Positions 22,532 through 35,557 of a stretch of 64,000 nucleotides of DNA are shown piece by piece. Source of the DNA: Escherichia coli. GTDB lineage: Bacteria; Pseudomonadota; Gammaproteobacteria; Enterobacterales; Enterobacteriaceae. The notes beneath the pieces are model-generated. The model made no database searches. It was not told the DNA's origin and saw nothing but the letters and a program-made list of their open reading frames with translations. Location of the stretch: NCBI RefSeq assembly GCF_044324785.1, contig NZ_CP172127.1. The stretch is one strand, 5' to 3'. Each line of letters starts with the position of its first letter. Position 1 is the stretch's first letter. A program made the position numbers and the translations under genes.

Positions 22532-22547
22532 TGGCACAAAAAATGCT
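22532..22547 (+). promoter_or_regulatory. Sigma-54 (-24/-12) promoter for hyc operon
   Basis: TTGGCACAAAAAATGCTT read directly, about 40 bp upstream of hycA. Confidence 0.55.
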
Positions 22548-22583
22548 TAAAGCTGGCATCTCTGTTAAACGGGTAACCTGACA

Positions 22584-23045
22584 ATGACTATTTGGGAAAT
22601 AAGCGAGAAAGCCGATTACATCGCACAGCGGCATCGTCGCCTACAGGACCAGTGGCACATCTACTGCAATTCGCTGGTTCAGGGGATCACGTTATCGAAA
22701 GCGCGCCTGCATCACGCCATGAGCTGCGCGCCGGACAAAGAACTCTGTTTCGTCCTTTTTGAACATTTTCGCATTTACGTCACCCTGGCGGATGGCTTTA
22801 ACAGCCACACCATCGAGTATTACGTCGAAACAAAAGATGGTGAAGACAAACAGCGGATTGCGCAGGCGCAACTGAGCATTGACGGCATGATTGATGGCAA
22901 GGTCAACATCCGCGATCGCGAACAGGTTCTGGAACACTATCTCGAAAAAATCGCTGGCGTTTACGACAGCTTATACACCGCCATTGAAAACAATGTGCCG
23001 GTGAATTTAAGCCAACTGGTAAAGGGACAAAGCCCGGCAGCATGA
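22584..23045 (+). CDS. hycA: Formate hydrogenlyase regulatory protein HycA
   Basis: 153 aa, recognised HycA sequence. Confidence 0.92.
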   Translation: MTIWEISEKADYIAQRHRRLQDQWHIYCNSLVQGITLSKARLHHAMSCAPDKELCFVLFEHFRIYVTLADGFNSHTIEYYVETKDGEDKQRIAQAQLSIDGMIDGKVNIRDREQVLEHYLEKIAGVYDSLYTAIENNVPVNLSQLVKGQSPAA

Positions 23046-23169
23046 GCTGAGGCTTTGCCCGTTTTGCAGGCGTTACGCCTGTTTGGGGATGGGCGTGTCG
23101 ATGAGTGTCGAAAATGACATTTCATCGGCATGTTTTCGTCAAAAATGACAATCACCTGAGGAATGCCTG

Positions 23170-23781
23170 GTGAATCGTTTTGTAATTGCTGACTCCACGC
23201 TCTGTATCGGCTGCCACACCTGTGAGGCCGCCTGTTCAGAGACGCATCGCCAGCACGGCCTGCAATCAATGCCGCGCCTGCGAGTGATGCTCAATGAAAA
23301 AGAATCTGCGCCGCAGCTCTGTCACCACTGTGAAGATGCGCCCTGTGCGGTGGTTTGCCCGGTTAACGCCATCACCCGCGTTGATGGGGCCGTGCAGTTG
23401 AATGAAAGTCTGTGCGTAAGCTGCAAACTGTGCGGCATCGCCTGCCCGTTTGGCGCAATTGAATTTTCCGGCAGCCGTCCGCTGGATATTCCGGCAAACG
23501 CCAATACCCCGAAAGCGCCACCGGCACCGCCTGCTCCGGCGCGTGTCAGCACATTGCTTGACTGGGTGCCAGGTATTCGCGCGATCGCCGTCAAATGTGA
23601 CCTTTGTAGTTTTGATGAACAAGGTCCGGCCTGCGTGCGGATGTGCCCGACTAAAGCCCTGCATCTGGTGGATAACACCGATATCGCCCGCGTCAGCAAA
23701 CGTAAGCGTGAGCTGACTTTTAACACGGACTTTGGCGATCTCACCTTGTTTCAGCAGGCTCAAAGTGGAGAGGCTAAATGA
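23170..23781 (+). CDS. hycB: Formate hydrogenlyase subunit 2 (4Fe-4S ferredoxin-type)
   Basis: 203 aa, multiple CxxCxxCxxxCP motifs; apparent GTG start. Confidence 0.92.
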   Translation: MNRFVIADSTLCIGCHTCEAACSETHRQHGLQSMPRLRVMLNEKESAPQLCHHCEDAPCAVVCPVNAITRVDGAVQLNESLCVSCKLCGIACPFGAIEFSGSRPLDIPANANTPKAPPAPPAPARVSTLLDWVPGIRAIAVKCDLCSFDEQGPACVRMCPTKALHLVDNTDIARVSKRKRELTFNTDFGDLTLFQQAQSGEAK

Positions 23782-25604
23782 GCGCAATTTCCCTGATCAA
23801 TAGCGGCGTGGCGTGGTTTGTCGCCGCCGCTGTTCTGGCATTTCTCTTTTCTTTTCAAAAGGCGCTAAGCGGCTGGATAGCCGGAATTGGCGGCGCGGTT
23901 GGTAGCCTGTATACGGCAGCCGCGGGCTTTACTGTGCTGACTGGCGCGGTTGGCGTGAGCGGTGCGCTGTCGCTGGTAAGCTACGATGTGCAAATCTCTC
24001 CGCTTAACGCGATTTGGCTGATTACGCTCGGTCTGTGCGGTCTGTTTGTCAGCCTCTACAACATTGACTGGCATCGCCACGCGCAGGTGAAGTGCAACGG
24101 CTTGCAGATCAATATGTTGATGGCTGCCGCCGTCTGCGCCGTCATCGCCAGCAACCTCGGCATGTTCGTGGTAATGGCTGAAATCATGGCCCTGTGCGCG
24201 GTGTTCCTTACCAGCAACAGCAAAGAGGGCAAACTGTGGTTTGCGCTGGGGCGTCTTGGCACTCTGCTGCTGGCGATTGCCTGCTGGCTGCTGTGGCAGC
24301 GTTACGGCACGCTGGATCTGCGCCTGCTGGATATGCGTATGCAACAGCTGCCGCTCGGTTCCGATATCTGGCTGCTCGGTGTGATTGGCTTTGGCCTGCT
24401 GGCCGGGATTATTCCGCTGCACGGCTGGGTGCCGCAGGCACATGCGAACGCCTCTGCGCCAGCTGCCGCGTTGTTTTCTACGGTAGTCATGAAAATTGGC
24501 CTGCTGGGCATTTTAACCCTGTCGCTGCTGGGCGGTAATGCACCGCTGTGGTGGGGGATCGCGCTGCTGGTGCTCGGCATGATCACCGCGTTCGTCGGTG
24601 GTCTGTATGCGTTGATGGAACATAATATCCAACGTCTGCTGGCTTACCACACCCTGGAGAATATCGGCATTATCCTGCTGGGGCTGGGCGCTGGCGTAAC
24701 GGGTATCGCGCTCGAACAACCGGCGCTGATTGCCCTTGGTCTGGTCGGTGGTCTGTACCATCTGCTTAACCATAGCCTGTTCAAAAGCGTACTGTTCCTC
24801 GGGGCGGGGAGCGTCTGGTTCCGTACCGGGCATCGCGATATCGAAAAACTCGGTGGCATTGGCAAGAAAATGCCGGTTATCTCCATCGCCATGTTAGTCG
24901 GGCTGATGGCAATGGCTGCGCTGCCGCCGCTGAACGGGTTTGCCGGGGAATGGGTTATCTATCAATCCTTCTTCAAACTGAGCAATAGTGGCGCGTTTGT
25001 TGCCCGTCTGCTGGGGCCGCTGCTCGCTGTGGGGCTGGCAATTACCGGTGCGCTGGCAGTGATGTGTATGGCGAAAGTCTATGGCGTCACGTTCCTCGGC
25101 GCGCCGCGTACCAAAGAAGCCGAAAACGCCACCAGTGCGCCGCTCCTGATGAGCGTAAGCGTGGTGGCACTGGCGATTTGCTGCGTAATTGGCGGTGTTG
25201 CTGCGCCGTGGCTGCTGCCGATGCTCTCTGCTGCTGTACCTCTGCCGCTGGAGCCTGCTAACACCACCGTTTCTCAACCCATGATCACGTTGCTGCTGAT
25301 TGCCTGCCCGCTGCTGCCATTCATCATTATGGCGATTTGCAAAGGCGATCGTTTGCCGTCGCGTTCCCGCGGTGCGGCCTGGGTGTGCGGCTACGACCAT
25401 GAAAAATCAATGGTGATTACTGCTCACGGTTTTGCCATGCCGGTGAAACAGGCGTTTGCGCCAGTGCTGAAACTGCGCAAATGGCTGAATCCGGTGTCGC
25501 TGGTACCGGGCTGGCAGTGCGAGGGGAGTGCGTTGCTGTTTCGCCGGATGGCGCTGGTTGAACTGGCGGTACTGGTGGTGATTATTGTTTCACGAGGAGC
25601 CTGA
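23778..25604 (+). CDS. hycC: Formate hydrogenlyase membrane subunit 3 (NuoL/antiporter-like)
   Basis: 608 aa polytopic membrane protein. Confidence 0.93.
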   Translation: MSAISLINSGVAWFVAAAVLAFLFSFQKALSGWIAGIGGAVGSLYTAAAGFTVLTGAVGVSGALSLVSYDVQISPLNAIWLITLGLCGLFVSLYNIDWHRHAQVKCNGLQINMLMAAAVCAVIASNLGMFVVMAEIMALCAVFLTSNSKEGKLWFALGRLGTLLLAIACWLLWQRYGTLDLRLLDMRMQQLPLGSDIWLLGVIGFGLLAGIIPLHGWVPQAHANASAPAAALFSTVVMKIGLLGILTLSLLGGNAPLWWGIALLVLGMITAFVGGLYALMEHNIQRLLAYHTLENIGIILLGLGAGVTGIALEQPALIALGLVGGLYHLLNHSLFKSVLFLGAGSVWFRTGHRDIEKLGGIGKKMPVISIAMLVGLMAMAALPPLNGFAGEWVIYQSFFKLSNSGAFVARLLGPLLAVGLAITGALAVMCMAKVYGVTFLGAPRTKEAENATSAPLLMSVSVVALAICCVIGGVAAPWLLPMLSAAVPLPLEPANTTVSQPMITLLLIACPLLPFIIMAICKGDRLPSRSRGAAWVCGYDHEKSMVITAHGFAMPVKQAFAPVLKLRKWLNPVSLVPGWQCEGSALLFRRMALVELAVLVVIIVSRGA

Positions 25605-25606
25605 GA

Positions 25607-26530
25607 ATGAGTGTTTTATATCCGTTAATTCAGGCGCTGGTGTTATTTGCCGTTGCGCCGCTGCTCTCCGGTATAACCCGCGTGGCGCGCGCCCGCTTGC
25701 ATAACCGTCGCGGGCCGGGCGTGTTGCAGGAGTATCGCGACATTATCAAACTGCTGGGTCGCCAGAGCGTTGGCCCGGATGCCTCCGGCTGGGTGTTCCG
25801 CCTGACGCCGTATGTGATGGTGGGCGTCATGCTGACTATCGCTACTGCGCTGCCGGTGGTGACCGTTGGTTCTCCGCTGCCGCAGCTGGGCGATTTGATC
25901 ACTTTACTGTATCTCTTTGCCATCGCGCGTTTCTTCTTTGCCATTTCTGGTCTGGATACCGGTAGCCCGTTTACCGCTATCGGCGCGAGCCGTGAAGCGA
26001 TGCTTGGCGTGCTGGTCGAACCGATGCTGCTGCTTGGTCTGTGGGTTGCGGCGCAGGTTGCCGGTTCCACCAACATCAGCAACATCACCGACACCGTTTA
26101 TCACTGGCCGCTGAGCCAGAGCATCCCGCTGGTGCTGGCGCTTTGTGCCTGTGCGTTCGCCACTTTTATCGAAATGGGCAAACTGCCGTTCGACCTGGCG
26201 GAAGCCGAGCAGGAGTTGCAGGAAGGTCCGCTCTCTGAATACAGCGGCAGCGGCTTTGGCGTCATGAAATGGGGTATCAGCCTGAAACAGCTGGTGGTGT
26301 TGCAGATGTTCGTCGGGGTGTTTATTCCGTGGGGACAAATGGAAACCTTCACCGCCGGTGGGCTGCTGCTGGCGCTGGTGATTGCCATCGTCAAACTGGT
26401 GGTTGGCGTCCTGGTTATCGCGCTGTTCGAAAACAGCATGGCCCGTCTGCGTCTTGATATTACTCCGCGCATTACCTGGGCTGGGTTTGGCTTTGCATTT
26501 TTAGCGTTCGTCTCCTTGCTGGCGGCGTGA
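25607..26530 (+). CDS. hycD: Formate hydrogenlyase membrane subunit 4 (NuoH-like)
   Basis: 307 aa polytopic membrane protein. Confidence 0.93.
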   Translation: MSVLYPLIQALVLFAVAPLLSGITRVARARLHNRRGPGVLQEYRDIIKLLGRQSVGPDASGWVFRLTPYVMVGVMLTIATALPVVTVGSPLPQLGDLITLLYLFAIARFFFAISGLDTGSPFTAIGASREAMLGVLVEPMLLLGLWVAAQVAGSTNISNITDTVYHWPLSQSIPLVLALCACAFATFIEMGKLPFDLAEAEQELQEGPLSEYSGSGFGVMKWGISLKQLVVLQMFVGVFIPWGQMETFTAGGLLLALVIAIVKLVVGVLVIALFENSMARLRLDITPRITWAGFGFAFLAFVSLLAA

Positions 26531-26547
26531 TTAAAGAGAGTTTGAGC

Positions 26548-28257
26548 ATGTCTGAAGAAAAATTAGGTCAACATTATCTCGCCGCGCTGAATGAGGCATT
26601 TCCGGGCGTCGTGCTGGACCACGCCTGGCAGACCAAAGATCAGCTGACCGTGACCGTGAAGGTGAACTACCTGCCGGAAGTGGTGGAGTTTCTCTACTAC
26701 AAGCAGGGGGGCTGGCTGTCGGTGCTGTTTGGTAACGATGAACGCAAACTGAATGGTCATTACGCCGTTTACTACGTGCTGTCGATGGAGAAGGGCACGA
26801 AGTGTTGGGTAACGGTTCGCGTTGAAGTTGACGCCAACAAACCGGAATATCCGTCCGTGACGCCGCGCGTTCCGGCGGCGGTGTGGGGCGAGCGCGAAGT
26901 GCGCGATATGTACGGTTTGATTCCGGTTGGTCTGCCGGATGAACGTCGTCTGGTGCTGCCGGATGACTGGCCGGATGAACTTTATCCGCTGCGTAAAGAC
27001 AGCATGGATTATCGTCAACGTCCGGCACCGACTACCGATGCTGAAACCTACGAGTTCATCAACGAACTGGGCGACAAGAAAAACAACGTCGTGCCGATTG
27101 GTCCGCTGCATGTCACTTCTGACGAACCGGGTCACTTCCGTCTGTTCGTCGATGGCGAAAATATTATCGACGCCGACTACCGCCTGTTCTACGTCCATCG
27201 CGGCATGGAAAAACTGGCGGAAACCCGTATGGGGTACAACGAAGTGACCTTCCTCTCTGACCGTGTGTGCGGGATCTGCGGCTTTGCTCACAGCACCGCC
27301 TACACCACGTCGGTGGAAAACGCGATGGGTATTCAGGTGCCAGAACGTGCGCAGATGATCCGCGCCATTCTGTTGGAGGTGGAACGCCTGCACTCGCATC
27401 TGCTCAACCTCGGCCTCGCCTGTCACTTTACCGGCTTCGACTCCGGCTTTATGCAGTTCTTCCGCGTGCGTGAAACCTCCATGAAAATGGCAGAGATCCT
27501 TACCGGTGCACGTAAAACCTACGGCCTGAACCTGATCGGCGGGATTCGTCGCGATCTGCTGAAAGACGACATGATCCAGACCCGCCAGCTGGCACAACAG
27601 ATGCGTCGTGAAGTGCAGGAGCTGGTGGATGTGCTGCTGAGCACACCGAACATGGAGCAGCGTACTGTCGGCATTGGTCGTCTGGACCCGGAAATCGCCC
27701 GCGATTTCAGTAACGTTGGCCCGATGGTCCGCGCCAGCGGTCACGCCCGCGATACCCGTGCCGATCACCCGTTTGTTGGTTATGGCCTTCTGCCAATGGA
27801 AGTCCACAGCGAGCAGGGCTGCGACGTTATTTCGCGTCTGAAAGTGCGTATCAACGAAGTCTATACCGCGCTGAACATGATCGACTACGGTCTGGATAAC
27901 CTGCCGGGTGGCCCGCTGATGGTGGAAGGCTTTACCTACATTCCGCACCGCTTTGCGCTGGGCTTTGCCGAAGCGCCGCGCGGCGACGATATCCACTGGA
28001 GCATGACCGGCGACAACCAGAAGCTGTACCGCTGGCGCTGCCGTGCCGCGACCTACGCGAACTGGCCGACCCTGCGCTACATGCTGCGCGGCAACACCGT
28101 TTCCGATGCGCCGCTGATTATCGGTAGCCTGGACCCTTGCTACTCCTGTACCGACCGCATGACCGTGGTCGATGTGCGTAAGAAGAAGAGCAAAGTGGTG
28201 CCGTACAAAGAACTCGAGCGTTACAGCATTGAGCGTAAAAACTCGCCGCTGAAATAA
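26548..28257 (+). CDS. hycE: Hydrogenase 3 large subunit ([NiFe])
   Basis: Start set at MSEEKLGQHY (569 aa); RVCGICGFAH and C-terminal DPCYSC Ni-binding motifs. Confidence 0.95.
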   Translation: MSEEKLGQHYLAALNEAFPGVVLDHAWQTKDQLTVTVKVNYLPEVVEFLYYKQGGWLSVLFGNDERKLNGHYAVYYVLSMEKGTKCWVTVRVEVDANKPEYPSVTPRVPAAVWGEREVRDMYGLIPVGLPDERRLVLPDDWPDELYPLRKDSMDYRQRPAPTTDAETYEFINELGDKKNNVVPIGPLHVTSDEPGHFRLFVDGENIIDADYRLFYVHRGMEKLAETRMGYNEVTFLSDRVCGICGFAHSTAYTTSVENAMGIQVPERAQMIRAILLEVERLHSHLLNLGLACHFTGFDSGFMQFFRVRETSMKMAEILTGARKTYGLNLIGGIRRDLLKDDMIQTRQLAQQMRREVQELVDVLLSTPNMEQRTVGIGRLDPEIARDFSNVGPMVRASGHARDTRADHPFVGYGLLPMEVHSEQGCDVISRLKVRINEVYTALNMIDYGLDNLPGGPLMVEGFTYIPHRFALGFAEAPRGDDIHWSMTGDNQKLYRWRCRAATYANWPTLRYMLRGNTVSDAPLIIGSLDPCYSCTDRMTVVDVRKKKSKVVPYKELERYSIERKNSPLK

Positions 28258-28266
28258 GGAATCGCC

Positions 28267-28809
28267 ATGTTTACCTTTATCAAAAAAGTTATCAAAACCG
28301 GCACGGCGACCTCGTCTTATCCGCTGGAGCCGATTGCGGTTGATAAAAACTTCCGTGGTAAGCCAGAGCAGAACCCGCAGCAGTGCATCGGCTGCGCGGC
28401 CTGCGTCAATGCCTGCCCGTCAAACGCCTTAACGGTTGAAACCGACCTCGCCACAGGAGAGCTTGCGTGGGAGTTCAATCTTGGACGCTGCATCTTCTGT
28501 GGACGCTGCGAAGAAGTCTGCCCGACGGCGGCGATCAAACTGTCGCAAGAGTACGAACTGGCGGTGTGGAAGAAAGAAGATTTCCTGCAACAGTCTCGCT
28601 TCGCGCTGTGCAACTGCCGCGTCTGCAATCGTCCTTTTGCCGTCCAGAAAGAGATCGACTACGCCATTGCGCTGCTTAAGCACAATGGTGACAGCCGCGC
28701 GGAAAACCACCGCGAAAGCTTTGAGACTTGCCCGGAATGTAAGCGCCAGAAATGCCTGGTGCCGTCCGACCGTATTGAACTGACTCGCCATATGAAAGAG
28801 GCCATCTGA
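28267..28809 (+). CDS. hycF: Formate hydrogenlyase subunit 6 (ferredoxin-like)
   Basis: 180 aa with two 4Fe-4S cysteine clusters. Confidence 0.93.
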   Translation: MFTFIKKVIKTGTATSSYPLEPIAVDKNFRGKPEQNPQQCIGCAACVNACPSNALTVETDLATGELAWEFNLGRCIFCGRCEEVCPTAAIKLSQEYELAVWKKEDFLQQSRFALCNCRVCNRPFAVQKEIDYAIALLKHNGDSRAENHRESFETCPECKRQKCLVPSDRIELTRHMKEAI

Positions 28810-29576
28810 TGAGCAATTTATTAGGCCCCCGTGACGCCAACGGCATTCCGGTCCCGATGACGGTGGATGAATCCATCGCCAGCATGAAGGCGTCGTTACT
28901 GAAAAAAATCAAACGTTCTGCCTACGTTTACCGCGTGGACTGCGGCGGCTGCAACGGCTGCGAAATCGAAATTTTCGCCACGCTTTCGCCGCTGTTTGAT
29001 GCAGAACGCTTCGGCATTAAAGTCGTTCCTTCACCGCGTCATGCGGATATTTTACTGTTTACCGGCGCGGTCACCCGTGCAATGCGATCCCCTGCGCTGC
29101 GTGCGTGGCAGTCCGCGCCGGACCCGAAAATCTGTATCTCCTACGGTGCCTGCGGTAACAGTGGCGGGATCTTCCATGATCTCTACTGCGTGTGGGGCGG
29201 TACGGATAAAATCGTCCCGGTAGATGTCTACATCCCTGGCTGCCCGCCAACGCCTGCCGCCACGCTGTACGGCTTTGCGATGGCGCTCGGCCTGCTGGAG
29301 CAGAAAATCCACGCTCGTGGGCCGGGTGAACTGGATGAACAACCGGCGGAGATCCTGCATGGCGATATGGTGCAGCCGCTGCGTGTGAAAGTGGATCGCG
29401 AAGCACGCCGCCTCGCGGGTTATCGTTACGGTCGTCAGATTGCCGATGACTTCCTGACACAGTTAGGGCAGGGCGAAGAACAGGTTGCACGCTGGCTGGA
29501 AGCGGAAAACGATCCGCGTCTGAACGAGATTGTCAGCCATCTGAATCATGTTGTTGAAGAGGCGCGTATCCGATGA
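28809..29576 (+). CDS. hycG: Hydrogenase 3 small subunit (NuoB-like)
   Basis: 255 aa; CGGCNGC and GCPP motifs. Confidence 0.93.
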   Translation: MSNLLGPRDANGIPVPMTVDESIASMKASLLKKIKRSAYVYRVDCGGCNGCEIEIFATLSPLFDAERFGIKVVPSPRHADILLFTGAVTRAMRSPALRAWQSAPDPKICISYGACGNSGGIFHDLYCVWGGTDKIVPVDVYIPGCPPTPAATLYGFAMALGLLEQKIHARGPGELDEQPAEILHGDMVQPLRVKVDREARRLAGYRYGRQIADDFLTQLGQGEEQVARWLEAENDPRLNEIVSHLNHVVEEARIR

Positions 29577-29983
29577 GTGAAAAGGTGGTGTTCAGTCAAC
29601 TGAGCCGTAAATTTATTGATGAGAACGATGCCACGCCCGCCGAGGCGCAGCAGGTGGTCTATTACAGCCTGGCGATTGGTCACCACCTTGGGGTTATCGA
29701 TTGCCTGGAAGCGGCGCTCACCTGTCCGTGGGATGAATATCTGGCATGGATTGCCACTCTGGAGGCGGGCAGCGAAGCCCGCCGCAAAATGGAAGGCGTG
29801 CCGAAATATGGTGAGATCGTCATCGACATTAACCATGTGCCGATGCTGGCCAACGCATTCGATAAAGCCCGGGCAGCGCAAACTTCGCAGCAGAAGGAAT
29901 GGAGTACAATGCTGTTAAGTATGCTGCATGATATTCATCAGGAAAACGCCATCTATTTGATGGTGAGGAGATTGCGTGACTGA
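29573..29983 (+). CDS. hycH: Formate hydrogenlyase maturation protein HycH
   Basis: 136 aa, recognised sequence. Confidence 0.9.
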   Translation: MSEKVVFSQLSRKFIDENDATPAEAQQVVYYSLAIGHHLGVIDCLEAALTCPWDEYLAWIATLEAGSEARRKMEGVPKYGEIVIDINHVPMLANAFDKARAAQTSQQKEWSTMLLSMLHDIHQENAIYLMVRRLRD

Positions 29984-30446
29984 CGTTTTACTCTGTGTTG
30001 GCAATAGCATGATGGGCGATGATGGCGCAGGCCCGCTACTGGCGGAAAAGTGCGCCGCCGCGCCGAAAGGTAACTGGGTGGTGATTGACGGCGGTAGCGC
30101 ACCGGAAAACGACATCGTCGCTATCCGTGAACTGCGCCCTACACGACTGCTGATTGTCGATGCCACGGATATGGGGCTAAACCCCGGTGAGATCCGTATC
30201 ATCGATCCGGATGATATCGCCGAGATGTTTATGATGACTACCCATAACATGCCGTTGAACTACCTTATCGACCAGTTAAAAGAAGACATTGGCGAAGTGA
30301 TTTTCCTCGGCATCCAGCCGGATATCGTCGGCTTTTACTACCCGATGACCCAGCCGATTAAAGATGCGGTAGAAACCGTTTATCAACGACTGGAAGGCTG
30401 GGAAGGGAATGGCGGATTCGCGCAGTTAGCGGTGGAAGAAGAGTAG
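29976..30446 (+). CDS. hycI: Hydrogenase 3 maturation endopeptidase HycI
   Basis: 156 aa; GTG start; [20 protein letters not shown] motif. Confidence 0.92.
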   Translation: MTDVLLCVGNSMMGDDGAGPLLAEKCAAAPKGNWVVIDGGSAPENDIVAIRELRPTRLLIVDATDMGLNPGEIRIIDPDDIAEMFMMTTHNMPLNYLIDQLKEDIGEVIFLGIQPDIVGFYYPMTQPIKDAVETVYQRLEGWEGNGGFAQLAVEEE

Positions 30447-30568
30447 TTTTTCAATAAGTAATCAGGACAGGGACGTTCTTGATGAGGGAATCAGAACTGA
30501 TAGCAAACCCCAGATTGCCCGATGCGCAACGCTTATCGGGCTTTCCTGGTTAGTGCGACAGTAGTTAC

Positions 30569-33459
<2,891 letters not shown>

Positions 33460-33718
33460 CGGATTTTATCCTGTTATCAGTAGGGGAGATGTAGTTGTTA
33501 TCAGTCGACGTGACGGAAAAATGCCGATGCTGAAACGGAATTAGGAAACCGGTTTCACAAAATCATGAATAGTTGTCACTAAATAAGCAAGAGAGTTAAT
33601 TGTTCATTTTTTATATTTGTGAAACCGGTCACCTGAATATTTTTCCCGCCGATTGCGCAAGGACAATCGGTAAACGGTGCAGTACACTGCGTTGATTGCG
33701 TGTAAAGGGATGAAAATG

Positions 33719-34729
33719 ATGACGACGATGCTGGAAGTGGCGAAGCGCGCCGGGGTTTCAAAAGCGACCGTTTCCCGCGTGCTTTCAGGTAATGGCTACG
33801 TCAGCCAGGAGACTAAAGATCGCGTGTTTCAGGCGGTAGAAGAGAGCGGTTACCGTCCAAACTTGCTGGCGCGCAATCTGTCGGCGAAGAGTACTCAGAC
33901 GCTGGGGCTGGTAGTGACCAACACGCTTTACCACGGCATTTATTTTAGTGAATTACTGTTTCATGCCGCGCGAATGGCGGAAGAGAAAGGGCGACAGTTG
34001 CTATTGGCAGATGGTAAACATAGCGCCGAAGAGGAGCGCCAGGCGATTCAGTATCTGCTGGATTTGCGCTGCGACGCCATTATGATTTACCCGCGTTTTT
34101 TAAGCGTGGATGAGATTGATGACATCATTGACGCACACAGTCAGCCGATAATGGTGCTTAATCGCCGCCTGCGCAAAAACAGCAGCCATAGCGTCTGGTG
34201 CGATCATAAACAGACCAGCTTTAACGCCGTGGCAGAGTTGATAAACGCCGGACATCAGGAGATTGCTTTCCTTACCGGCTCGATGGATTCCCCCACCAGT
34301 ATTGAACGTCTTGCCGGGTATAAAGACGCGCTGGCGCAGCATGGTATTGCGCTCAATGAAAAACTTATCGCTAACGGTAAATGGACGCCCGCCAGCGGGG
34401 CCGAAGGGGTAGAAACGTTGCTCGAACGTGGGGCTAAATTTAGCGCGTTAGTTGCCAGTAACGACGATATGGCGATAGGTGCGATGAAAGCGTTGCACGA
34501 GCGCGGCGTAGCGGTGCCAGAGCAGGTGTCAGTTATCGGATTCGATGATATCGCAATTGCCCCCTATATCGTTCCGGCGCTCTCCAGCGTAAAAATTCCG
34601 GTGACTGAGATGATTCAGGAAATTATTGGACGGCTGATTTTTATGCTCGATGGCGGGGATTTCTCACCGCCGAAAACCTTCAGCGGAAAACTGATCCGCC
34701 GCGACTCACTCATTGTTCTTTCGCGATAA
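33719..34729 (+). CDS. ascG: LacI-family repressor of the asc operon
   Basis: ORF 33677..34729; start set at MTTMLEVAKRAGVSKATVSRV (HTH); reading frame uninterrupted. Confidence 0.9.
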   Translation: MTTMLEVAKRAGVSKATVSRVLSGNGYVSQETKDRVFQAVEESGYRPNLLARNLSAKSTQTLGLVVTNTLYHGIYFSELLFHAARMAEEKGRQLLLADGKHSAEEERQAIQYLLDLRCDAIMIYPRFLSVDEIDDIIDAHSQPIMVLNRRLRKNSSHSVWCDHKQTSFNAVAELINAGHQEIAFLTGSMDSPTSIERLAGYKDALAQHGIALNEKLIANGKWTPASGAEGVETLLERGAKFSALVASNDDMAIGAMKALHERGVAVPEQVSVIGFDDIAIAPYIVPALSSVKIPVTEMIQEIIGRLIFMLDGGDFSPPKTFSGKLIRRDSLIVLSR

Positions 34730-34877
34730 ACATTGTCATCACATGTCATCGTCACTAGTGTCGATGACATCTTTTTCCCTGCATTACAGAAATTAATTTC
34801 CTTAAATAACAGTGAATTAAAAACTGGCATGATTTGTGAATGTATCGGCGCATTAACTGTCATTGCTGGAGAATTTG

Positions 34878-35405
34878 ATGAACCGTTTCATCATTGCTGA
34901 CGCGAGTAAATGTATTGGTTGCCGTACCTGTGAAGTGGCGTGCGTGGTTTCTCATCAGGAAAATCAGGACTGTGCATCGCTGACCCCGGAAACATTTTTA
35001 CCGCGTATCCATGTCATTAAAGGTGTGAACATTTCCACGGCGACAGTTTGCCGTCAGTGTGAAGATGCACCGTGCGCTAACGTCTGCCCGAATGGTGCTA
35101 TCAGTCGTGATAAAGGGTTTGTTCATGTGATGCAGGAACGTTGTATTGGTTGCAAAACCTGCGTTGTGGCTTGCCCGTATGGCGCGATGGAAGTGGTGGT
35201 ACGTCCGGTGATTCGCAACAGCGGCGCAGGGCTTAACGTACGGGCTGACAAAGCCGAAGCCAATAAATGCGACCTCTGTAACCATCGTGAAGACGGCCCG
35301 GCGTGTATGGCTGCTTGCCCGACCCATGCGCTGATTTGTGTCGATCGTAATAAACTTGAACAACTGAGCGCAGAAAAACGCCGCCGTACGGCGCTGATGT
35401 TCTAA
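34878..35405 (+). CDS. hydN: Electron-transport protein HydN (4Fe-4S ferredoxin-type)
   Basis: Start set at [15 protein letters not shown] (175 aa). Confidence 0.92.
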   Translation: MNRFIIADASKCIGCRTCEVACVVSHQENQDCASLTPETFLPRIHVIKGVNISTATVCRQCEDAPCANVCPNGAISRDKGFVHVMQERCIGCKTCVVACPYGAMEVVVRPVIRNSGAGLNVRADKAEANKCDLCNHREDGPACMAACPTHALICVDRNKLEQLSAEKRRRTALMF

Positions 35406-35557
35406 AAATCTTACAGAACTGTTCTGGCATCAAAGGAATTCCCGGAAATATTCGTAGAATACGGAGCGGGCGGTATCGCCGACCTGTGACTGCCGGATAC
35501 GACGCTGTCGTGTCCGGCAGGGCGGGTTACGCAATTCATGATGGCGGGAATAACTCA

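Noticed and set aside
23865-27996. Many long antisense or out-of-frame ORFs inside hycC, hycD and hycE (for example 26563..27996 minus, 477 aa)
   Set aside because: They lie entirely within well-supported coding genes, and their translations are low-complexity and Arg/His/Gln-rich, typical of spurious frames in GC-rich coding DNA.
34830-34846. Possible sigma-54 promoter (ctggcatgatttgtgaa) upstream of hydN
   Set aside because: The -12 element does not match GC at the expected spacing; too weak to call from sequence alone.
35486-35557. N-terminal extensions in the ORF track for hypF, and likewise mltB, ascG, rpoS, fhlA, surE, hycE, emrA and emrB
   Set aside because: The longest-ORF starts lack the conserved N-termini; internal start codons giving the canonical protein N-terminus were preferred.
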